From assembly GCA_017650925.1 (NCBI GenBank), contig JAGCDY010000053.1, positions 10,977 through 74,976 on the forward strand: a stretch of 64,000 nucleotides of DNA. Reading direction: 5' to 3'. Shown in pieces: positions 15,820 to 24,765 of this stretch (the first letter of the stretch is position 1; each line of letters begins with the position of its first letter). Source of the DNA: a bacterium. Lineage in GTDB: Bacteria; Auribacterota; UBA3054. The position numbers and the translations under genes are program-made. The notes beneath the pieces are model-generated. The model was not told the origin of the DNA. It ran no database searches and worked only from the letters and a program-made list of their open reading frames with translations.

Positions 15820-16989
15820 TTATTTCTTGGCAGCGGCTTCCTTGATGAGGCACTGGCCTATGACTTCGCGCTGGATCTGGTTGGTGCCTTCGTAGATCTG
15901 GGTGATCTTGGCGTCGCGCATGCGTTTTTCCATCGGATATTCTCTCATGTAGCCGTAGCCGCCGTAGACCTGGACGGCGTCGGTCGTGACCTGCATGGCG
16001 ACGTCGGAGGCGTAGCACTTGGCGATGGCGGATTCCTTGGAGCAGCTGCGGTCGCCGGAGTCGATGGAGCGGGCCGTGGCGTAGACCATGGCGCGGGCCG
16101 TCTCGACCTTCATGGCCATATCGGCCAGGAGGAAGCGCAAGCCCTGATTAGAGATGACCGGCTTGCCGAACTGTTCGCGGGACCTGGCGTAATCGACGGC
16201 GTCCTCAAGCGCGCCGGCGGCGATGCCCAGGGCCTGGGCGGCCACGCCGGGGCGGGACATGTCGAAGGTCTTCATGGCGGACAGGAAGCCGTGGCCTTCC
16301 TTGCCGAGGATGGAGGAAGCGGGGATCTTGCAGTCTTCGAAGACCAGTTCGTAAGTCGAGGAGGCGCGGATGCCCATCTTGTCCTCTTTCTTGCCGAAGG
16401 AGAAGCCGGGCGTGCCCTTGTCGACTAAGAAGGCCGTGGCGCCGCGGGCGCCCCTGGCCTTGTCGGTCATGGCGATGACGGTGTACATCTCGGCCACGTT
16501 GCCGTTGGTGATCCACTGCTTGGTGCCGTTCAGGACGTAGTAGTCCCCTTCTTTCCTGGCGGTCGTCTGGATGCCGCCGGCGTTAGATCCAGCGCAAGCT
16601 TCCGTCAGCGCGAAAGCAGCGAGCTTCTCGCCTGCGGCGATGGCCGGCAGATATTTCTTCTTCTGTTCCTCGTTGCCGAAGAGGATCAGCGGGATGGTGC
16701 CCAGAGCCGTCGCGGCCAGGCCCAGGGAAATGCCGCCGCAGACCTTGCTGAGCTCTTCCACCGCCACGACCAGGTTCATGATGCCCATCTGTCCCTCGGC
16801 GCAGATGCCGCCGTAAGCTTCAGGGATATAGACGCCGCAAAGACCGGCCTCCGCGATCTTCTCCTGGACCTCCCAGGCGAACTCGTTCTTTTCGTCGTAT
16901 TCGGCGCGAACCGGCTTGATGTACTTCTCGGCGACCTCTTTGGCCGTCTCCTTGATCATCTGTTCAGTTTCGGTGAGGAAGTAATTCAT
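15820..16989 (-). CDS. acyl-CoA dehydrogenase (short-chain/butyryl-CoA dehydrogenase-like)
   Basis: 389 aa with an ACAD pattern throughout (ALTEACAGSNAGG, QWITNG, IYEGTNQIQR). It is the first gene of an acd-etfB-etfA unit. Confidence 0.92.
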   Translation of the reverse strand: MNYFLTETEQMIKETAKEVAEKYIKPVRAEYDEKNEFAWEVQEKIAEAGLCGVYIPEAYGGICAEGQMGIMNLVVAVEELSKVCGGISLGLAATALGTIPLILFGNEEQKKKYLPAIAAGEKLAAFALTEACAGSNAGGIQTTARKEGDYYVLNGTKQWITNGNVAEMYTVIAMTDKARGARGATAFLVDKGTPGFSFGKKEDKMGIRASSTYELVFEDCKIPASSILGKEGHGFLSAMKTFDMSRPGVAAQALGIAAGALEDAVDYARSREQFGKPVISNQGLRFLLADMAMKVETARAMVYATARSIDSGDRSCSKESAIAKCYASDVAMQVTTDAVQVYGGYGYMREYPMEKRMRDAKITQIYEGTNQIQREVIGQCLIKEAAAKK

Positions 16990-17027
16990 AATATTTCCTT
17001 TTGTTTTGTTATTGTTTACTAGTTAAT

Positions 17028-17036
17028 ATTATACCA
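17028..17036 (-). promoter_or_regulatory. candidate extended -10 promoter (TGGTATAAT) for acd-etfBA
   Basis: The minus strand reads tttTGGTATAATatt about 39 nt upstream of the ATG at 16989. Confidence 0.45.
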
Positions 17037-17054
17037 AAAAGCCTTTTTCAAAAA

Positions 17055-19202
17055 TCAAAATCCCGGCATGGTGAATTCCTCGCCGTAGCGCAGGGCCACC
17101 CTCGTCAGGAAAGCCTCCCTAATGTCGGGAGCCAGATCCCCTTTGTCATAAGCTTCTATAAGTTTTTCCGCAAGCTCCTTGGCCAGGGAGAGCTCGTTTC
17201 TGTCGCGGTTGGGATTGGCAAGATATAGCGTCGGATGTCCCGACTGCTTCTCGCCGAAAAACTCGCCGGGGCCCCTCAATTCCATGTCGGCCTCCGCGAT
17301 CTCGAAACCGTCGCATGTCTTGGCCATAACTTCCAGCCGACGGTTCTCGGTCATGCCGGTAAGCAGGGGTTGGGAAAACTCGTCCCCGCCCTTTTCCAGC
17401 GGGGTATTGTCGACCAGAACGCAATAGGACTGCAGAGACCCTCGGCCTATGCGGCCCCTCAGCTGGTGAAGCTGGGCCAGGCCGAAGCGCTGGGCGTCCT
17501 CTATCACCATAACGCTGGCGTTGGGGACGTCGACTCCGACTTCGATCACCGTTGTGCAGATCAGGACGGAGATCTCCCCTTCCCTGAACCTGCGCATGGT
17601 CTCTTCTTTCTCCTCTTTTTCCAGCCTTCCGTGCACGATCCCGAGTTTGAGGTCCGGAAAGACTTTCTTCGACAGCACGTCAAACATTTCCGCGGCGGCC
17701 TTGGCTTCCCTCTTGTCGCTCTCGTCGATCTGGGGATAGACGATGTAAGCCTGGCGGCCGGCGGCCGCTTCCTTCCTTATGAAATCCCAGACGCCCGGCA
17801 GCCTCTCCGGCGTCACGACGTAAGTCTTAACGGGGATGCGCCCGGCGGGAGCCGATCTTATGACGGAAATATCGAGGTGCCCGTAGAGCGTCATGGCGAG
17901 GCTTCGGGGAATCGGCGTGGCCGTCATGATCAGGGTGTCGGGAACGCTTTCAGCTTCCCTCAGCATCGCCCTCTGTGCGACACCGAACTTGTGCTGCTCG
18001 TCGATGACGACCAACCCGAGGTTGGGAATGGAATCCTTGACGTGCAGAAGCGAATGCGTTCCCACTAGTATGAAATTCTTTTCCTCCTCGAAACGATTTA
18101 AAAGCTCCTTCTTCTCCTTGGCCTTCATGCCGCCGTGGGAAAATAGCACGTCCACGCCGATCTTGTCGCACCACTTCTTCAGCGTTTCAAAATGCTGCCT
18201 GGCCAGTATTTCGGTCGGCGCCATGATGGCGGCGTTGTAGCCGCTTTCGACCGCCATCAGCATGGCGGTGGCGGCCACGACCGTTTTGCCGCTCCCCACG
18301 TCGCCCTGCAGCAGGCGGTGCATGGGCCTTGGAGCGAGCATGTCGTTTTTTATCTCGCTAAGAACGCTGAGCTGATCCTTTGTCAGTTTGAAAGGCAGCG
18401 TGTTCAGAAAGTCGACTATCAGTTTTCCAGGCACGAGATGATGAGCTTCGTAATTCTCCTTCTGCATGATTTTTTTGGTCAGGACGTTCCCTACCTGCAG
18501 GGCGAAGAACTCGTCGACTATGAGGCGGCGCCTGGCCTTGCCCAGCTCCTCGTCGCCCATCTTTTTGGGATCGTGGAGCGCCGCCACCGCATCGGAAATG
18601 TCAATCAGCCCATGTTTCCTCCGCTCCTCATAAGGGAGATATTCCCTAAAGTTCGGCAGGGCCTCAGAGACGATGCCGCTCATCACCTTTCTCAGAACTC
18701 CCTGCGGAAGTCCTTCCGTCGTGTGGTAAACGGGAAGCTTTTTCCCTTCGTAATCGTCGGGATGAAAATCGTCGTCCAGATATATGACGTCAGGGTTCGT
18801 CATCTGGACGCAGCCGGCGAAAAGGCTGTGGCAGACGCCGTGGAAAAGCACCTTCTTGCCGATCTCGAATTTCTCCGCCAACCAGGGCTGGTTGAACCAG
18901 ACGCCCGAGGCCTTGCCGCCGGAATTCTCTATGAGGACCTTGACGATCTTCAGGCGCTTTTTGAACGTCTTTTCCGCCTTCACGTCCAGGACCTTGCCGT
19001 AGACGAGCGCTTCCTCTCCGGCTTTGACCTGGTCGGGCCGCTTTATCTCGGAAAAATCCTCGTAGCGGTAAGGGAAAAAAGTCAGGGCGTCCCAGAGCGT
19101 GCTAATCCCGCAGCGCGCCAGAAGCGCCGCCCGGCGGGGCGTCACGCCTTTAACAGCGGTGACCGGCCTGGTCAGAAATTCGAATTCCTTTGTTTGGGGC
19201 AT
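17055..19202 (-). CDS. recG: ATP-dependent DNA helicase RecG
   Basis: 715 aa. An N-terminal wedge/OB region is present. Walker A is GDVGSGKTVVA and the DEQH box is VIDEQHKFG. Helicase C motifs are present (LHQLRGRIGRG). Confidence 0.93.
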   Translation of the reverse strand: MPQTKEFEFLTRPVTAVKGVTPRRAALLARCGISTLWDALTFFPYRYEDFSEIKRPDQVKAGEEALVYGKVLDVKAEKTFKKRLKIVKVLIENSGGKASGVWFNQPWLAEKFEIGKKVLFHGVCHSLFAGCVQMTNPDVIYLDDDFHPDDYEGKKLPVYHTTEGLPQGVLRKVMSGIVSEALPNFREYLPYEERRKHGLIDISDAVAALHDPKKMGDEELGKARRRLIVDEFFALQVGNVLTKKIMQKENYEAHHLVPGKLIVDFLNTLPFKLTKDQLSVLSEIKNDMLAPRPMHRLLQGDVGSGKTVVAATAMLMAVESGYNAAIMAPTEILARQHFETLKKWCDKIGVDVLFSHGGMKAKEKKELLNRFEEEKNFILVGTHSLLHVKDSIPNLGLVVIDEQHKFGVAQRAMLREAESVPDTLIMTATPIPRSLAMTLYGHLDISVIRSAPAGRIPVKTYVVTPERLPGVWDFIRKEAAAGRQAYIVYPQIDESDKREAKAAAEMFDVLSKKVFPDLKLGIVHGRLEKEEKEETMRRFREGEISVLICTTVIEVGVDVPNASVMVIEDAQRFGLAQLHQLRGRIGRGSLQSYCVLVDNTPLEKGGDEFSQPLLTGMTENRRLEVMAKTCDGFEIAEADMELRGPGEFFGEKQSGHPTLYLANPNRDRNELSLAKELAEKLIEAYDKGDLAPDIREAFLTRVALRYGEEFTMPGF

Positions 19203-19205
19203 GCC

Positions 19206-19820
19206 TCAACCCTTTATTTTAACCGACCGCCCCTCCACGCTGATCCTTCCTTCGGCCAGCCAGCCTATGACTTTCGGGAACCAGATGTGCTCCTGTTCCT
19301 GGATCCTGGCGTGCAGGGTCTCGGGCGTGTCGTCGCCCATTACGTGCACGGCGGCCTGGGCGATTATGGGACCGCTGTCCATTCCGGCGTCCACGAAGTG
19401 GATCGTGCAGCCAGCTAATTTCGCCCCGTAGTTCAAAGCCTGCTTCCAGGACTCTAGTCCCGGGAAAGCCGGCAAAAGCGCCGGGTGAATGTTCACGACC
19501 TTCATCGGGAAGGCTTCCAGCAATTTCGACTTGATCATGCGCATGAAGCCGGCCAGGATGACGTAATCGACCTTGTTCTCTCTCAGGATCTCGATGTATT
19601 TTTCCTCCTGCGGTCCCTCGAGCTTCGTTTTGAAGTCGTCGGCCGGAAGATACATGGCCTGCAGTCCCAGACGCTCGGCCTTCTCAAGGATCGGAGCGTC
19701 CTTTACGTCGCTGATGACAACGGCGATCTCGGCGCCTTTGATCCTGCCGTCCATGATGCATTTCGCTATCTCTTCAAAATTCGTTCCGTGGCCGGAACCC
19801 AAAACGCCAAGTCTTATCAT
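19206..19820 (-). CDS. purN: phosphoribosylglycinamide formyltransferase
   Basis: 204 aa with LGVLGSGHGTNFE, VVNIHPALLPAFPG and HFVDAGMDSGPII. Confidence 0.9.
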   Translation of the reverse strand: MIRLGVLGSGHGTNFEEIAKCIMDGRIKGAEIAVVISDVKDAPILEKAERLGLQAMYLPADDFKTKLEGPQEEKYIEILRENKVDYVILAGFMRMIKSKLLEAFPMKVVNIHPALLPAFPGLESWKQALNYGAKLAGCTIHFVDAGMDSGPIIAQAAVHVMGDDTPETLHARIQEQEHIWFPKVIGWLAEGRISVEGRSVKIKG

Positions 19821-19830
19821 ATCTTTCTCC

Positions 19831-20709
19831 TTAGAGTACTCCCATTGTTTTGAGGACCGCTCTCAAAAGATCTTCCGTTTCCTTTCTCACGGGGACCAGG
19901 GGCAGCCTGAGCACGTTCTCGCACTTGCCAAGCATGGCCATCGCGGCTTTCACCGGGCAGGGATTGGTCTCGGCAAACAGCGCCCTGCTCAGAGGGAAGA
20001 GCAGCTTGTGCAGTCTTCTCCCCTCCTCCATGTCGCCCCTTAGGGCGGCGGCGGCCAGCTGGGCCGTCAGTTCGGGAACGACGTTGGCCACGACGGAAAT
20101 GACGCCCACGGCGCCTATCGCCATCAGGGGGAAGTTGAGGGCGTCCTCTCCGGAGAGCACATCCAGATCGCACAGGTTCATGATCTCGGAGGCTTGGTCG
20201 ATATCACCGGAGGCTTCCTTGATGCCGACTATGTTCTCGATCTTCGCGAGTCTGGCCGCGGTCGCCGGCTTCAGATTGACGCCCGTGCGACCGGGAACGT
20301 TGTAGATGACCAAAGGCATGCTGGTGGCGGAGGCGAGCTCCTCATAATGCGCCACGAGCCCTTCCTGCGTCGGCTTGTTGTAGTAGGGCGTTATTACGAG
20401 AGCGCCGTCGGCGCCCACGCTTTCCGCGTGCCTAATGAGCCTCAGGGATTCCTCGGTGCAGTTGCTGCCGCAGCCGGCCAGGACCGGTATGCGTTTGTTG
20501 ACGGCCTTCACGACGGTGGCGATGACCTCGTCGTGCTCGTCATGGCTGAGCGTCGGGGATTCGCCCGTCGTGGCGCACGGTACGATGGCGCTTGTTCCGG
20601 AGGCGATGTGCCATTCCACCAATTCACGGACAAGTCCGTGGTCAACAGAGCCGTTCTTCCTGAAAGGCGTGATAAGGGCTACGATTGATCCCTTGAAAAT
20701 ACTGCGCAT
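19831..20709 (-). CDS. dapA: 4-hydroxy-tetrahydrodipicolinate synthase
   Basis: 292 aa with GSIVALITPF, TTGESPTLS, YNVPGRTG and the active-site Lys context VGIKEASGD. Confidence 0.9.
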   Translation of the reverse strand: MRSIFKGSIVALITPFRKNGSVDHGLVRELVEWHIASGTSAIVPCATTGESPTLSHDEHDEVIATVVKAVNKRIPVLAGCGSNCTEESLRLIRHAESVGADGALVITPYYNKPTQEGLVAHYEELASATSMPLVIYNVPGRTGVNLKPATAARLAKIENIVGIKEASGDIDQASEIMNLCDLDVLSGEDALNFPLMAIGAVGVISVVANVVPELTAQLAAAALRGDMEEGRRLHKLLFPLSRALFAETNPCPVKAAMAMLGKCENVLRLPLVPVRKETEDLLRAVLKTMGVL

Positions 20710-20751
20710 TGCTTTGATCTTCTCCTAAATTTATTTATTTGATTGTTAATT

Positions 20752-21636
20752 TTATTCTGTTTCCCTGAGGCTGCCCTGCCAGCCCATCTTGCCGCGCAGT
20801 TTCTGCACGAAAGAATGGTTCTTGCGAGTCAGGAATTTGATCTTGTCGCCCAGCGCCACGGTGACCTTTTCGCCTGACGAAATGGTGAGCGTCTGTCGGC
20901 CGTCGGCCGAGATGTGCACCGGACGCCCAATGGTGACGTTCTCGATCTCCACTTTAGTCCCACGCGGAAAAAGCATGGGCCTGTTGGTGAAGGAGTGCGG
21001 GCACACCGGCGTCAGAAGGAAAGCTTCGAGGCCGGGATACATCACCGGTCCCCCAGCTGAGAGCGAATAGGCCGTGCTGCCGGTGGCCGTGCTCATGATG
21101 AGTCCGTCCAGCCCGTATGTCGTGAGCAGTTCTCCGTTCACGGAGATCCTGAGCTCTATTATGCGGGCGTCCAGTCCGCGCACGAAAGCCAGGTCGTTCA
21201 ATGCCCGCTCTTTCTTTTCCAGCCCGTCCGGACCGACGTAGGTGGCTTCGATAAGGGAGCGCTCCTCAACTTCGTAGCGACCTTCCATAATGGCGTCCAG
21301 GGTCTGAGGCAGTTCGCTTTCCGGTATCTCGGCCAGGAATCCGAAGGACTCTCCCGGGTTGACGCCGAGGATGGGAACGTTCAGATCGGTCATTTCCCTG
21401 ACGGCGGAAAGGATGGTGCCGTCGCCGCCGATGACTATAAGGAACCGGCAGCGGGAATTCAGCTCGGAGATCGTCGTTCCCTCCCTGCCGATGCTCATGG
21501 CGCTCGCCGACTCGAGAAGGAAAGTCATGCCCCTTTTTTCCATCTCCGAGACCAGCGTCTCCAGCGCTTTCACGGCATGGGGCTTGGTGGTGTTTATTAT
21601 GACGCCGGGCGTCGCGTTTTTCATTTCATGATTCAT
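20752..21636 (-). CDS. nadK: NAD(+) kinase
   Basis: 294 aa with VIGGDGTILS, NPGESFGFL, ALNDLAF and STATGSTAYSLSAGGP. Confidence 0.88.
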   Translation of the reverse strand: MNHEMKNATPGVIINTTKPHAVKALETLVSEMEKRGMTFLLESASAMSIGREGTTISELNSRCRFLIVIGGDGTILSAVREMTDLNVPILGVNPGESFGFLAEIPESELPQTLDAIMEGRYEVEERSLIEATYVGPDGLEKKERALNDLAFVRGLDARIIELRISVNGELLTTYGLDGLIMSTATGSTAYSLSAGGPVMYPGLEAFLLTPVCPHSFTNRPMLFPRGTKVEIENVTIGRPVHISADGRQTLTISSGEKVTVALGDKIKFLTRKNHSFVQKLRGKMGWQGSLRETE

Positions 21637-22415
21637 AGTTTGCGTGCCGCCAATAAAAATTCATGGTTGCCAGCCGGGCCTATGATCGGACTCTCGCATT
21701 CCGCCATGATCCCGAAGCCCTGCTCGATAAAAAAGTTCTTTATGTCAGCGAGCGCCTCCAGACGCGTATTTTCATCTTTCACCACTCCGCCTTTGGAGAG
21801 TTTTTCCGGGCCGACCTCAAACTGCGGCTTGACGAGAACCACGGCAAGGCCATTCTCCTTAAGGCATTCCTTTATGACTGGGATGATCAGTTTCAGCGAG
21901 ATGAAGGAAACGTCGGCCACCGCCAGATCCGGAACGAGGAAAAGATCCTCAGGTCTCAAAAAACGAGCGTTGGTCTTTTCCATGACGGTCACCCTCCCGT
22001 CGTTCCTGATCTTGTCGTGCAGCTGTCCGTGCCCGCAGTCGATGGAGAAGACATGCTTCGCTCCCCTCTGCAGCAAAACGTCCGTGAAGCCTCCCGTGCT
22101 GGCGCCGATATCCATGCAGACCATTCCCGAAGGATCTATTCCCGAGCAGTCGAGGCCCGCCGCAAGTTTGTAGCCTCCCCTGCTGACGTAAGGCATCTTC
22201 TCCCTGACGCTGATCTTCAATTCCTTTCCCTTGGAAACAAGATAAGGCTCCCCGCTCTCGCTGTAGCGGAGGTAAACAGGAAGGCCCGGCTTCGCCGTCC
22301 TTTCGCCGTTGACTTCGATTTCTCCGGCCAAAAGGGAGCGTCTCGTCTGCTCCCTGGAGGCGAAGTAACCAAGCGAAGTCAATGCCTGATCAAGTCTGAG
22401 GGATCCTTCAGCCAT
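21633..22415 (-). CDS. tlyA: TlyA-family rRNA 2'-O-methyltransferase (hemolysin A-like)
   Basis: 260 aa. It has an N-terminal S4 domain (RLDQALTSLGYFASREQTRRSLLAGEIEVNG) and an FtsJ-like SAM motif (DIGASTGGFTDVLLQRGA). Confidence 0.85.
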   Translation of the reverse strand: MAEGSLRLDQALTSLGYFASREQTRRSLLAGEIEVNGERTAKPGLPVYLRYSESGEPYLVSKGKELKISVREKMPYVSRGGYKLAAGLDCSGIDPSGMVCMDIGASTGGFTDVLLQRGAKHVFSIDCGHGQLHDKIRNDGRVTVMEKTNARFLRPEDLFLVPDLAVADVSFISLKLIIPVIKECLKENGLAVVLVKPQFEVGPEKLSKGGVVKDENTRLEALADIKNFFIEQGFGIMAECESPIIGPAGNHEFLLAARKL

Positions 22416-23372
22416 TTATTCTCCCGGAAGTTTCGCTCCCGGACGCAGAGTTTTAAGTTCGGTAAGGTGTTTCTTTATGGCCTCCTCGACCATCGTCGCG
22501 ACTTTCAGCGCGTTGCGGCCGTCCTCGCCCGTCACCTGCGGGGCCTTGCCAAGCTTCACGCAGTCGACGAAGCTTTGGATCTCGGACTGCAGGGGCTGGT
22601 CGCCGGAGAAATTAATCTCCTCCTCGACGATCTGCCATTCTTTCCTGTGTTTCAATTTGGCTTTCTGCTCGACGTAATCGAGGGAAATGTAGGCGTCGTC
22701 CTGGAAGAAGCGGATCTTGCGCATCCTGTCGGCGCTGATCCTGCTGGTCGTAACGTTGGCCACGCAGCCGTTGGCGAAAGTCAGTCTCGCGTTGGCGATG
22801 TCGCTGGTCTTGGTCAAGACCGGAACGCCGACTGCCTGGACGTCCACGACGTCAGATCTCACAAGATGCAGAATGATGTCGATGTCGTGGATCATGAGGT
22901 CGAAGACCACGCTCACTTCCGTGCCCCTGATGTTGAAGGGCGAAAGGCGGTGCACTTCGATGAAGATGGGGTCCTTAAGGATCTTCTGGATGCCGATGAT
23001 GGCGGGGTTGAAGCGCTCGACGTGTCCGACTTGCAGGATCAGCTCCCTTTCCTTCGCCAGTTTCAGAAGCTCGTCGGCTTCCGCGACGGTAGTTGTGATG
23101 GGCTTTTCCAAAAGCACGTGCTTGCCGGCAAGAAGAAGCTTTTTCGTCACCTCGTAGTGCAAGGGCGTCGGAACCACCACATGCGCCGCGTCGATCATGG
23201 GGATGACGTCCTCGACGTTCGTGAAATAGGGAACGTTGTAAAGTTCGCCGGTCTCTTTGGCGGATTCAGCCCTGGCGTCCACCACGGCCGCAAGTTCCAC
23301 GTTGGGGTTCTCGTTGACGATCCTGGCGTGGATCTTACCTAGGTGTCCCACGCCTATGACTGCAGTTTTCAT
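22416..23372 (-). CDS. Gfo/Idh/MocA-family NAD(P)-dependent oxidoreductase
   Basis: 318 aa. It has an N-terminal Rossmann motif (MKTAVIGVGHLGKIHA) and EKPIT. It overlaps the lpxI stop by 4 nt. The substrate cannot be inferred from sequence alone. Confidence 0.8.
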   Translation of the reverse strand: MKTAVIGVGHLGKIHARIVNENPNVELAAVVDARAESAKETGELYNVPYFTNVEDVIPMIDAAHVVVPTPLHYEVTKKLLLAGKHVLLEKPITTTVAEADELLKLAKERELILQVGHVERFNPAIIGIQKILKDPIFIEVHRLSPFNIRGTEVSVVFDLMIHDIDIILHLVRSDVVDVQAVGVPVLTKTSDIANARLTFANGCVANVTTSRISADRMRKIRFFQDDAYISLDYVEQKAKLKHRKEWQIVEEEINFSGDQPLQSEIQSFVDCVKLGKAPQVTGEDGRNALKVATMVEEAIKKHLTELKTLRPGAKLPGE

Positions 23373-24208
23373 ATCTTTTCTCCCAAGGAGCGGTCAACTC
23401 CCAGAATAGTTATTCCGCATTTCATGGCCTCCTCCAGAGTCTTCTGAGGCTCCAGGAGGAAAGTCTTCCCGGCTTCGGCCGCCACGATCCTGGCGTTGGC
23501 CGCCTTCATCGATTCAATGGTGCCTGGCCCCAGGCAGGGCACGTCGAATCTCAGGTCCTGATTGGGCTTGGCCATTTTCACGACCACGGCGTCCTTAGTG
23601 TATTCGCCGGATCTCCTGATGCAGCGGTCGGTGCCTTCCATCGCTTCCACGCAGACCACAGCCTGGTTCTTTATGACCACGCTCTGTCCTATGTCGTGGC
23701 CTCCCGAAACAAGCGCCAGCTTCACACCCAAAAAAATGTCGCGCCACTGCGCTTCGTCAGGAGAAGGCCCGCAAAGCACTCCTTCCGGCAGAAGGATCTG
23801 AGGAAGGTAGTCGGTCGTTTTCTCGATCGTTATCCCCTCTCTGCCCAGTTCGTCGGAGATGGCGCCCAGGACGCTGTCGGCCCTTCTGTCCTTGACATTC
23901 ATGGCGAGCTTCATGAGCCGCCAGTCGAGCCTAAGATCGGCGATCGTCATTTTAGGCGCCACATTCCCCAGCATCACGGCCTTCGTCACTCCCTCGCGGT
24001 GGAGGATCTTGATGAGCTTCCCGAGCTGGGTGACGGAGACTTCCTCGTAATGGTCGGAAAGCGACTTGACCTCTTCAAGGACGCCGCAGTTTTTGATGCC
24101 GACGGTAACTATCCTGGAAAGGCCGTTCCTCTCCTTGGCGCGCATGAATTCCAGCGGCAGCACTCCGCCGCCGGATATGAGACCCATCGAATCGTTTTCG
24201 GAAGCCAT
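23369..24208 (-). CDS. lpxI: UDP-2,3-diacylglucosamine pyrophosphatase LpxI (DUF1009 family)
   Basis: 279 aa. GLISGGGVLPLEF, DIGQSVVIKNQAVVCVEAMEGTDRCIRR and RFDVPCLGPGTIE closely follow the LpxI pattern as I remember it from Caulobacter LpxI. Confidence 0.85.
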   Translation of the reverse strand: MASENDSMGLISGGGVLPLEFMRAKERNGLSRIVTVGIKNCGVLEEVKSLSDHYEEVSVTQLGKLIKILHREGVTKAVMLGNVAPKMTIADLRLDWRLMKLAMNVKDRRADSVLGAISDELGREGITIEKTTDYLPQILLPEGVLCGPSPDEAQWRDIFLGVKLALVSGGHDIGQSVVIKNQAVVCVEAMEGTDRCIRRSGEYTKDAVVVKMAKPNQDLRFDVPCLGPGTIESMKAANARIVAAEAGKTFLLEPQKTLEEAMKCGITILGVDRSLGEKI

Positions 24209-24210
24209 TT

Positions 24211-24765
24211 CTACTTGACGTAAACTTTTTTCATGACGACCGGCTCTATCGGGCGGTCCTGAAGGTTGACCTTCACCTTGCTGATCTTCTCGACCACGTC
24301 GTAGCCTTTCGTCACGCGGCCGAAAGCGGTGTACTGCCCGTCAAGGTGCGGCGATTCCCCTACGCAGATGAAGAACTGGCTTCCCGCGCTGTTGGGATCC
24401 CTGGAGCGGGCCATCGAGACAACGCCGGGAACGTGCTTGGTGTCGTTGAACTCGGCGTTGATCGTGTAACCCGGGCCGCCCGTGCCGTTGCCCAGAGGGC
24501 AGCCGCCCTGGATCATGAAGCCCTCTATCACTCTGTGAAAGATGAGCCCGTCATAGAAGCCCCTTTTGGCAAGCTTGATAAAATTCTCGCAAGTCATGGG
24601 AGCCTTGTCCTTCAGGAATTCGAACTCCACCACGTCGCCGTTCTCGAATTCGATGACGGCTGTCGTCACGTTGTCGTCCATAGCTTTTTCCTCGTTCTGT
24701 TTTCCGCTCTGGCAGGCGCAGAGCGCCAATCCGAGAACGAATAGCGGTATTAATGATCTTTTCAT
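24211..24765 (-). CDS. cyclophilin-type peptidyl-prolyl isomerase, lipoprotein
   Basis: 184 aa. The lipobox is LGLALCAC. The cyclophilin core includes FHRVIEGFMIQGG and SAGSQFFI. Confidence 0.92.
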   Translation of the reverse strand: MKRSLIPLFVLGLALCACQSGKQNEEKAMDDNVTTAVIEFENGDVVEFEFLKDKAPMTCENFIKLAKRGFYDGLIFHRVIEGFMIQGGCPLGNGTGGPGYTINAEFNDTKHVPGVVSMARSRDPNSAGSQFFICVGESPHLDGQYTAFGRVTKGYDVVEKISKVKVNLQDRPIEPVVMKKVYVK

